Assembly (NCBI GenBank): GCA_041497895.1
Contig: JBGQHJ010000047.1
Coordinates: forward strand, 1 to 30,326
Direction: 5' to 3'
DNA length: 30,326 nucleotides
Origin: Candidatus Methylomirabilia bacterium
Lineage (GTDB): Bacteria > Methylomirabilota > Methylomirabilia > Rokubacteriales > CSP1-6
Within the stretch, counting starts at the first letter, position 1; the number at the start of each line of letters is the position of its first letter. A program made the position numbers and the translations under genes. Below are positions 23,361 through 30,326 of this stretch, piece by piece. A model generated the notes under the pieces. The model ran no database searches and was not told the DNA's origin. It saw only the letters and a program-made list of their open reading frames with translations.

Positions 23361-26300
23361 CTAGAGCGCGGCCAGCGCGGACTCCGCGCTCGGGAGCCAG
23401 TGGCGCATGTCCATGGCGCGCAGCATGCGGACCGCGGCGGTCAGGTGGTCGCGCGCCTCGTCGCGGAGGCCCGCGCGCGCGGCCAGCATGCCCAGGTCGA
23501 GGCGGCACAGAGCCTCGAGCGGGCGCATCCCGAGGGCCTGAGCGCCCTCGAGCGCGCTGGCGCAGTGCCGCGCGGCCCCGACCGGGTCCGCCGTCGCGGT
23601 GGCCTCGCCCAGCATGCGGAGCGCGCCCGCCGCGTAGCCCCGCTCCTCGTGCTCGGTAGCGAGCCGATGTGCTTCGTGCGCGGTGGTCACCGCCTCCTCG
23701 GCGCGCCCGGCCAGCCGGTATCCCTCGGCGAGCCAGCTCAGGCGGAGGGCCTGCCGGCTCAGGATGCGCAAGGTCGCCGCGCGGCCGACACCCTCCTCCA
23801 TCAGCAGCACGCCCTCGGCCACGCGCCCGCCGCGGACGTCGGCGGCGCCGCGAACGCAGAGGAGCATGGGCAGCCAGGCGGTCAGGTCCATCTCCCGCGA
23901 GAAGGAGATGCCGCGGTCGACCACCGGGATGGCGGCCTCGAGATGCCCGCGGCTCAGGTGGGCGAAGCCGAGGGTCATCAGGCTCCCCGCGATGCTCCAT
24001 GGATGGTCGGCGGCCTCCGCCACGCCCAGCCCGGCGTGGATGCACTCGAGCGCCTCGGCGAACTCGCCCACCTCGGCCAGCGAGGCGGCGAGCCAGATGC
24101 GCGCGGCCACCGACACGAGGCCGGCCATGCCCCAGCGCTCGCGGACCAGCTCGCCCTCCACCGCCGCCACCGCGCTCCGCAGATGCCGCTGGGCCGCGGG
24201 GTAGACGCCGAGCACGTGATGGGCCTGCCCGAGGCCGAAGGACGCGGCGATCTGGAGCGGGCGATCGCCGAGCTCGGCCCCGATCCCGAGCGCGCGCTCC
24301 GCGGAGCGGATGGCGGCGGCCTGCTCGCCCAGCGTGTAGTACGACTGGGTGAGGTAGGCGGACACCCAGCCGAGCCGCCGGCGGTCGCCGAGCGTCTCCG
24401 CGCGCGCCTCGGCGCGACGCAGGTGAGCCAGCGTGCGGGTGAACTCTCCGAGCGGCGCCAGCGAGGCGCGCAGGTCGAAGACCAGGTCGATCGCGGTCGG
24501 CAGCGCGGCCTCGCGCGGGCCGTCGGCCTCGAGGATCTCGAGCGCCTGCTCGAAGAAGCTCACCGCCTCACGGTGCGCCGAGCGGGCGGCCGCCCGGAGC
24601 CCGGCCTGGCGCAGGAATTCCACCGCCCGGTCGCGCAGGCCGCCGCGGAGGGCGTGGAAGGCCAGACGCTCGACGTGCTCGCCCAGTCGACCCGGATAGA
24701 GCGCCTCGGTCACGTCGACGATGCGGGCGTGCAGAGCCCGCCGCGTCTCGTGCAGCAGGCTGCCGTAGGCCACCTCGTGGGTGAGCGTGTGCTTGAACGT
24801 GTACTCCACCTCGGGGAAGAAGCTCGCCTCGTAGAGCAGCTCGCCCGCCTGGAGCTGCGTGAGCCCGGCGCGCAGCACGTCCTCGGGCAGGTCCGCGATG
24901 GCCTCGAGGACCGGGAGCGGCACGTCCCGGCCGATCACCGACGCGGACTGCAGCACGTGCTTGGCCAGGGCGCTCAGGCCGTCGATGCGCGCGGCCAGCA
25001 CCGCCTGCACGCTGCCCGGCACCTGGATGGTCTCGAGCGGCTTGGCGAGCCGCCACGCGCCGGGCTCGCCGAGCAGGGCCTGGGTCTCGACCAGGGCCCG
25101 CACGCTCTCCTCGAGGAAGAGCGGGTTGCCGTCGGTGCGCGCCACCAGCACCGCCTTGAGCGGCTCCAGGCCCGGATCGAGGCCGAGGAGCGTATCGAGC
25201 AGCGTGCGGGCGATCGCGGGTGGGAACGGATCGATCCGGATCTGCGCGTACCCGGGTCGGCTGCCCCAGGCGTGCTGGTGCTCCGGCCGGTACGAGGCCA
25301 GGATCAGCAGGCGGGTGCCGGGCAGCCGATCCACGAGGCCATCGACCAGGGCCTTTGTTTCCTCGTCGATGCGCTGCAGGTCCTCGACGATCAGCACCAC
25401 CGGCTGCCGCCGGGTCTCCGCGAGCAGCAGGTTCCGCACCGCGTCCTGGATGCGGCGCCGGCGCTGCGGCGGATCGAGCTGCCGCCACGTCGGATCCTCC
25501 GGCTCGAGATCGGCGAGCGCGTGGAGCGCGGGGATGGTCGGCTCGAGCGCCGGGTCGAGGGCCACCACCTTGCCGGCGATCTTCTCCCGGATGACTCGCG
25601 CGTCGTCCCGCGGCTCCACCTGGAAGTAGCGCCGCAGCGCCTCGATCACCGGGAGCCACGACGGCGTCGCCCGGTACGCGATCGGGCGGCCCTCGAGCAC
25701 GAGCGCGCCCGCGATCCACGGCCCCTCCGTGAACTCGCGGATGACGCGGGACTTGCCGGCGCCGGGCTCGCCGGCCAGGGCCACCATCCGCCCCTGGCCG
25801 GCCCGGGCCCGCTCGAGGGCCTGCCGTAGCAGGGCCACCTCGCTCTCGCGGCCGACGAAGCGGGAGAGCCCGCGCACGGCGGCGGCCTGCAGGCGGTAGC
25901 GCGCCGGGCCGGGCCCGGTCAGCTCGTACACCTCGATCGGCCCGGCGAGGCCGCGCACCGGTACCGGGCCGAGCGACGTCACCGCGATGTACCCCTCGGC
26001 CAGCCGCCGCGTCTCCGCGGTGATGAGCGTCGCGCCGGGTCGAACGAGCCGCTCCATCTGGGCGGCCAGGTACGTGGTCTGCCCGACCGCGGTGTACTCC
26101 ATGTGCAGGTCGCTGCCGATCGAGCGCACGACCACCTCGCCGGAGTTGAGCCCGATGCGGATCTGCACGTCGAGCCCCTCCACGCGACGGAGTTCGCGGG
26201 CCAGGCCGCTCACGCCCGCGTGCATCCGCAGGGCCGCATAGGCGGCGCGCACCGCGTGGTTCTCGTGGGCGACCGGCGCGCCGAAGATCGCCATGATCCC

Positions 26301-26750
26301 ATCGCCCAGCACCTGGTTGACGGTACCCTCGTAGCGGTGGACCGCCTCCATCATGAGCGCCAGCACCGGGTCCAGCATGCGGCGCGCGTCCTCCGGATCG
26401 CGGTCGGCGAGCAGCTCGAGCGAGCCCTTCATGTCCGCGAAGAGCACCGTCACCTGCTTGCGCTCACCCTCCAGCGTCCCACGCGCGGTCCGGATCTTCT
26501 CGGCCAGATGCGGCGGGGTGTAGGCGTCCGGCGACGCGAAGCGATCGGCCATCGGGCCGGCGACCGCGATCGGCTGGCCGCAGCCGCCGCAGAAGCGCGC
26601 CCCGGGCTCGTGCCCGAAGCCGCAGCGGGGGCAGGACGACGGCAGTGCCTGCCCGCACTCCACGCAGAAGCGATGGCTCGACGGGTTCGGCGTCTGGCAG
26701 CGGGCGCAGGTGAGCGGCGCCTCGCCGGTCCGGGGATCCGCTCCGCTCAC
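23361..26750 (-). CDS. Double zinc ribbon - class III adenylate/guanylate cyclase - AAA ATPase - TPR protein
   Basis: CARC/CVEC/CPRC/CGGC; ERKQVTVLFADMKGS, LGDGIMAIFGAP and RIGLNSG; Walker A GEPGAGKS, Walker B LIVEDL, GNPLFLEE; helical repeats. GTG start at 26750 is approximate. Confidence 0.9.
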   Translation of the reverse strand: MSGADPRTGEAPLTCARCQTPNPSSHRFCVECGQALPSSCPRCGFGHEPGARFCGGCGQPIAVAGPMADRFASPDAYTPPHLAEKIRTARGTLEGERKQVTVLFADMKGSLELLADRDPEDARRMLDPVLALMMEAVHRYEGTVNQVLGDGIMAIFGAPVAHENHAVRAAYAALRMHAGVSGLARELRRVEGLDVQIRIGLNSGEVVVRSIGSDLHMEYTAVGQTTYLAAQMERLVRPGATLITAETRRLAEGYIAVTSLGPVPVRGLAGPIEVYELTGPGPARYRLQAAAVRGLSRFVGRESEVALLRQALERARAGQGRMVALAGEPGAGKSRVIREFTEGPWIAGALVLEGRPIAYRATPSWLPVIEALRRYFQVEPRDDARVIREKIAGKVVALDPALEPTIPALHALADLEPEDPTWRQLDPPQRRRRIQDAVRNLLLAETRRQPVVLIVEDLQRIDEETKALVDGLVDRLPGTRLLILASYRPEHQHAWGSRPGYAQIRIDPFPPAIARTLLDTLLGLDPGLEPLKAVLVARTDGNPLFLEESVRALVETQALLGEPGAWRLAKPLETIQVPGSVQAVLAARIDGLSALAKHVLQSASVIGRDVPLPVLEAIADLPEDVLRAGLTQLQAGELLYEASFFPEVEYTFKHTLTHEVAYGSLLHETRRALHARIVDVTEALYPGRLGEHVERLAFHALRGGLRDRAVEFLRQAGLRAAARSAHREAVSFFEQALEILEADGPREAALPTAIDLVFDLRASLAPLGEFTRTLAHLRRAEARAETLGDRRRLGWVSAYLTQSYYTLGEQAAAIRSAERALGIGAELGDRPLQIAASFGLGQAHHVLGVYPAAQRHLRSAVAAVEGELVRERWGMAGLVSVAARIWLAASLAEVGEFAEALECIHAGLGVAEAADHPWSIAGSLMTLGFAHLSRGHLEAAIPVVDRGISFSREMDLTAWLPMLLCVRGAADVRGGRVAEGVLLMEEGVGRAATLRILSRQALRLSWLAEGYRLAGRAEEAVTTAHEAHRLATEHEERGYAAGALRMLGEATATADPVGAARHCASALEGAQALGMRPLEALCRLDLGMLAARAGLRDEARDHLTAAVRMLRAMDMRHWLPSAESALAAL

Positions 26751-26754
26751 GCGG

Positions 26755-27183
26755 CTACGAGACCCGGCCCGAGCGCTCCAGCGCCGCCCGGAGCAGGCGC
26801 AGGTGCCCGGCCGCCTCGTCGGTGATCCGCTCGAGCAGTTCTCGGCCCGGCCGCGGGCCATCGAGCCCGTCGATGATCCGCGTGAGCTCACGGGGCCCCG
26901 CGCCCTCGAACCAGCCCCCCACCCGCCCGCGCACGAGCGCGCCGTAGCGCGCGACGGAGGCCCCGTCCCGCAGGTCCTCGGGAGCGTGCTCGTGTCGCGC
27001 GTCGCCGGCCAGGCGGCCGCGGTCCATGCCGTCGACGAAGGCCAGGCCGAGACGGAAGATCCGGAACGCGGTGTCGCGGAGATCGCCCATCTCCGCCTCC
27101 GGCACCGGCCGGATCAGCCGCTCGGCCGCGGCCAGGATCTCGTCGAGCCGGCGGCCGAGCTCCGCGGAATCGGATCGGCTCAC
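26755..27183 (-). CDS. DinB-like four-helix bundle protein (degenerate)
   Basis: LRDTAFRIFR...LLERITDEAAGHLRLL resembles the DinB helices; fits tightly between same-strand neighbours. Confidence 0.6.
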   Translation of the reverse strand: MSRSDSAELGRRLDEILAAAERLIRPVPEAEMGDLRDTAFRIFRLGLAFVDGMDRGRLAGDARHEHAPEDLRDGASVARYGALVRGRVGGWFEGAGPRELTRIIDGLDGPRPGRELLERITDEAAGHLRLLRAALERSGRVS

Positions 27184-27195
27184 GCGGGGCGGCGC

Positions 27196-27984
27196 TCAGC
27201 GGCCGGCGAAGGTGACCGGCTGCTTGCGGGCGAAGGCGACCACTCCGTTGCGGAAGTCCTCGGTGTGCCCGCTCGCCGCGATGGCCTGGGCCTCGAGCTC
27301 CATCTGCGTCTCGAGGCTCTCCTGGGTCGACTGGTGGAAGAGCAACTTGGCCCGGCCGAAGGCCAGCGTCGGCCCCTGCGCCAGCTCGCGGGCCAGGGCC
27401 GTGACCGCTCCGGGAAACTCCGCGTCGGGGTGCACCCGGTTGACCAGGCCCCAGTCCACCGCCTCGCGGGCCGAGAGCACCCGGTTCGTGTAGTGCAGCT
27501 CGAGCGCGCGGCGCAGCCCGATCATGCGGGGCAGGAAGTAGGACGACGATCCGTCGGGCGAGGCCGCGATCTTCGAGTAGGCCATGGTGAACTTCGTCGA
27601 CTCCGCGGCCACCACCAGGTCGCCGGAGAGGGCCAGGCTCATGCCCCCGCCCGCCGCGATCCCGTTGACCGCCATCACCACCGGCTTGGGCGCGCGGGCC
27701 AGGCGCGAGATCGCGCCGTGCAGGTACGTGGTCAGCTCCTTGATCAGGGCACCGATGCGATCCGGGTTGTCCGCGAAGTCCTTCACGTCGCCGCCCGCGC
27801 AGAACGCCTTCCCCGCCCCGGTGATCACGATGCACCGCACCGCCCGATCCTCGTCGGCCTCCAGCGCGGCGTGGAACAGATCCCGCCCGAGCGCCAGATT
27901 CAGCGCGTTGTACGCCTCCGGCCGGTTCAACGTGATCGTCCCGACCCCCTCCTTCACCTCGTACCGCACCGTCTCATACGCCAT
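27196..27984 (-). CDS. Enoyl-CoA hydratase/isomerase (crotonase; PaaG-like subfamily)
   Basis: ITLNRPE.YNAL, AFCAGGDV, VNGIAAGGG, SPDG and DFRNGV.AF; GGAG RBS. Confidence 0.93.
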   Translation of the reverse strand: MAYETVRYEVKEGVGTITLNRPEAYNALNLALGRDLFHAALEADEDRAVRCIVITGAGKAFCAGGDVKDFADNPDRIGALIKELTTYLHGAISRLARAPKPVVMAVNGIAAGGGMSLALSGDLVVAAESTKFTMAYSKIAASPDGSSSYFLPRMIGLRRALELHYTNRVLSAREAVDWGLVNRVHPDAEFPGAVTALARELAQGPTLAFGRAKLLFHQSTQESLETQMELEAQAIAASGHTEDFRNGVVAFARKQPVTFAGR

Positions 27985-28039
27985 ATCACTCTCCAGTTGT
28001 GAGAATCGTGGTGTGCCCGTCTTGTGACCGCCGACCGGA

Positions 28040-28188
28040 GCGGGGTGGGGCCGGTGGCGGCCTCCCCGGGACCGTGGCTTCTGCGCGTCATCGAAGCCGG
28101 CGACGTCCGCTCTCGTGGCCCGACTGTACCGCGAAGACGGGTCGCGAGTCAGCGTGTCCCGGGGAGGCCGCCCCCGGCCCCACCCTGC
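28040..28188. repeat. 33-bp inverted repeat pair (REPIN/MITE-like) with 83-bp spacer
   Basis: 28040-28072 and the reverse complement of 28156-28188 match at 31/33. Each arm is itself a GGGGCCG-N4-CGGCCTC hairpin. Confidence 0.75.
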
Positions 28189-28216
28189 GTCGACCGGCCG
28201 CCGCGCGAACGGCGCG

Positions 28217-29635
28217 CTACCGCCGATCGCCCACGCGGTGGAGCTTGAGGAGGTTGGTCGTGCCCGTCACCCACATCGGCGCCCCCGAGATGATCACGAT
28301 CACGTCGTCGTTCCGCACGGTGCCGTCGGCCAGGAGCGTGGCCTCCACCTCCTGGATCATCTCGTCGGTGGTCTCCACCTTGTGGACGAGCCGCGAGGAC
28401 ACCCCCCAGAAGAGCCCGAGCCGCCGCTGGACCTCCGAGTAGGGCGTGAGCGCCATGATCGGCACTTCCGGCCGGTCCTGCGAGATGAGCCGCGCGCTGA
28501 ATCCGGACTGGGTGAAGGCCACGATGGCCTTCGCGTGCAGCAGCCGGGCCGCCTGGCACGCCGCCTCCGCCACCGCCTCCGGGAAGCCGTAGGCCTCCGG
28601 CCGCGGGCGCGAGGCCCCCGACGTGGGCGCGGCCCGCTCGGCCCGCTCCGCGATGCGGGCCATCACCTGCACCGTCTCCACCGGGAAGCGACCGGTGGCG
28701 GTCTCCGCGGAGAGCATGATCGCGTCGGCTCCGTCGAAGATCGCGGTCGCCACGTCGCTCACCTCGGCGCGGGTGGGGCGCGAGTGGGTGACCATGGACT
28801 CGAGCATCTGGGTGGCCACGATCACCGGCACCTTGGCCAGGCGGGCCTGGCGGATGACCTCCTTCTGGATGATCGGCACGTCCTCGAGCGGCACCTCCAC
28901 CCCGAGATCACCCCGCGCCACCATCACCGCGTCCACCAGCGGCAGCACGCCCTGGAGGTTCGCCACGATCTCGGCCCGCTCGAGCTTGGCGATGATCGGG
29001 ATGTTGGCGCCCTGGTCGTGGAGGAACTTGCGCACTTCCTGGATGTCGGCCGCGGAGCGCACGAACGAGATCGCGACGTAGTCCACGCCCTGCTCGATGC
29101 CGAAGCGGAGGTCCTCGCGGTCCTTCGGGGCCAGGCAGGACACCGGCACCGGCAGCCGCGGGAACGACACGCCCTTGTGGTCGGAGACCAGGCCCCCGGA
29201 GACGATCCGGCAGCGGACCTCGCCGTCGTCCACCGCCTCCACCGCGAGCTGGATCATCCCGTCGTCCATCCACACCGGATCGCCGGGCCGCAGCGCGGCG
29301 AGGAACTCGGGGTGGTTGAGCGAGCTACGGGAGGCGGTCCCCTTGACCTCGCGCGCGGTCAGCGTGAAGGGCTCGCCGGTCACGAGCGTGGCCTGGCCGC
29401 CCACGAAGGTGCCGAGCCGGACCTTGGGGCCCTGGAGGTCCTGCAGGATGGTGATCGGCCGGCCCCACTGGGCGTCGCCTTCGCGGATCGCGCGGATGAC
29501 GTCCGCGTGCTCGGCGTGGGTGCCGTGGGAGAAGTTGAGACGCGCCACGTCCATGCCCGCGTTCACCAGGCGGTCGAGCGCCTCCGGCGAGCAACTCGCG
29601 GGGCCGATCGTGCAGACGATCTTCGTGCGTCTCAA
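28217..29635 (-). CDS. pyk: Pyruvate kinase
   Basis: RRTKIVCTIGP, ARLNFSHG, DLQGPKVR, IIAKLE, MVARGDLGVE, ATQMLESM and MLSAETA. TTG at 29635 is the position of the usual N-terminus. Confidence 0.97.
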   Translation of the reverse strand: MRRTKIVCTIGPASCSPEALDRLVNAGMDVARLNFSHGTHAEHADVIRAIREGDAQWGRPITILQDLQGPKVRLGTFVGGQATLVTGEPFTLTAREVKGTASRSSLNHPEFLAALRPGDPVWMDDGMIQLAVEAVDDGEVRCRIVSGGLVSDHKGVSFPRLPVPVSCLAPKDREDLRFGIEQGVDYVAISFVRSAADIQEVRKFLHDQGANIPIIAKLERAEIVANLQGVLPLVDAVMVARGDLGVEVPLEDVPIIQKEVIRQARLAKVPVIVATQMLESMVTHSRPTRAEVSDVATAIFDGADAIMLSAETATGRFPVETVQVMARIAERAERAAPTSGASRPRPEAYGFPEAVAEAACQAARLLHAKAIVAFTQSGFSARLISQDRPEVPIMALTPYSEVQRRLGLFWGVSSRLVHKVETTDEMIQEVEATLLADGTVRNDDVIVIISGAPMWVTGTTNLLKLHRVGDRR

Positions 29636-29647
29636 AGGCTCTTCAGC

Positions 29648-29683
29648 TGCGGGGGCCCCGAAATAGCCCCCGCACTCCCCCAC
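29648..29683. repeat. REP-like GC-rich hairpin between uvrA and pyk
   Basis: TGCGGGGGC (29648-29656)-CCCGAAATA-GCCCCCGCA (29666-29674), followed by CTCCCCCAC. Confidence 0.55.
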
Positions 29684-29735
29684 ACGACGGACAACCTTTC
29701 GCGGGCAATCCTGACGGCCAACCGTCGACAAGCAT

Positions 29736-30326
29736 CTATCCTGCCCTGAGCGTCCGGGCGAGATACTGGCCGGTGAAGGACTTCTCCTGGCGGGCGACCT
29801 CTTCGGGGGTGCCGGCGGCGATGACCTTGCCGCCCTCGTTGCCGCCCTCGGGCCCGAGGTCCACGATCCAGTCCGCGGTCTTGATCACGTCCATGTTGTG
29901 CTCGATGATCACCACCGTGTTGCCCTGATCGACGAGCTGGTTGAGCACCTCCAGCAGCCGACGGATGTCCGCGAAGTGCAGCCCGGTGGTGGGCTCGTCG
30001 AGGATGTAGAGCGTCCGCCCGGTGGCCCGCCGGCTCAGCTCGGTGGCGAGCTTCACGCGCTGGGCCTCGCCGCCGGAGAGCGTGGTGGCGGCCTGGCCGA
30101 GGCGGATGTAGTCGAGGCCGACGTCGTGTAGCGTCTGGAGCTTCTGCTTGATCGACGGGACCGGCTCGAAGAAGGCGAGCGCCTCCGCCACCGTCATGTC
30201 CAGGATGTCGGCGATGTTCTTGCCCTTGTAGCGCACCTCGAGGGTCTCGCGGTTGTAGCGCTTGCCGCGGCAGACCTCGCAGGTCACGTACACGTCGGGC
30301 AGGAAGTGCATCTCGATCTTCATCAC
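29736..30326 (-). CDS. uvrA: Excinuclease ABC subunit A, C-terminal part (5' truncated by window edge)
   Basis: [52 protein letters not shown] and DLGPEGG. Confidence 0.97.
   Translation of the reverse strand: MMKIEMHFLPDVYVTCEVCRGKRYNRETLEVRYKGKNIADILDMTVAEALAFFEPVPSIKQKLQTLHDVGLDYIRLGQAATTLSGGEAQRVKLATELSRRATGRTLYILDEPTTGLHFADIRRLLEVLNQLVDQGNTVVIIEHNMDVIKTADWIVDLGPEGGNEGGKVIAAGTPEEVARQEKSFTGQYLARTLRAG

Noticed and set aside
103..27198. Sec readthrough at other TGA stops (e.g. 103, 370, 7733, 7750, 13787, 14248, 16150, 20414, 27196)
   Set aside because: They fall at apparent natural C-termini or just before the next gene, with no Cys-equivalent motif context.
28040..28188. 6S RNA, SRP RNA, tRNA-Sec or riboswitch call for the long inverted repeat
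   Set aside because: No SRP GGAA-loop motif, cloverleaf or recognisable aptamer. The near-perfect self-palindromic arms fit a repeat element better; an Rfam search is needed to exclude fully.
29643..29735. 30-aa minus-strand ORF with CPSC immediately after the uvrA stop
   Set aside because: Atypical codon usage and it runs through the REP-like hairpin; CxxC is likely chance.
445..30131. Many long overlapping ORFs (e.g. 1344-2708, 4590-6302, 19133-21124, 21451-24045, 23283-25829, 28115-29749)
   Set aside because: Antisense or off-frame shadows of well-supported genes. They are Arg/Gly/Pro-rich, lack motifs, and are expected at this GC content.

Overview
High-GC bacterial chromosomal window with about 30 real genes; most long entries in the ORF track are GC-driven shadow ORFs. 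Gene content and style suggest Candidatus Rokubacteria/Methylomirabilota, which is inference only. Left to right: a small Cys/His protein; an alpha/beta hydrolase; a sigma54-type promoter driving a DUF4015 glycoside hydrolase plus polysaccharide deacetylase; a serine hydrolase-NamZ fusion; an NDUFA9-like epimerase; a translationally coupled 7-gene chromate-resistance-type operon (chrB-chrA-DUF1080-like-ArsC-like-chrF-MFS-OCD); a DCC1-like protein; a DNA-repair-linked radical SAM/HhH protein; a methyltransferase; metabolic genes; a zinc ribbon-cyclase-AAA-TPR protein; pyk; and the 3' end of uvrA. The main hidden feature is a tandem pair of probable selenoprotein genes that the ORF track breaks or misses. 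One is a protein-disulfide oxidoreductase with an in-frame UGA giving U-P-H-C (18083-18745). The other, 3 bp downstream, is a 50-aa single-TM protein with U-x5-C (17927-18079). Each UGA is followed by a SECIS-like hairpin with a CGUG loop. Other signals are an 18-bp SOS-like motif shared by two promoters, -10 boxes directly upstream of start codons at 11 genes (leaderless mRNAs), a likely ChrB operator, and REP/REPIN-like palindromes.
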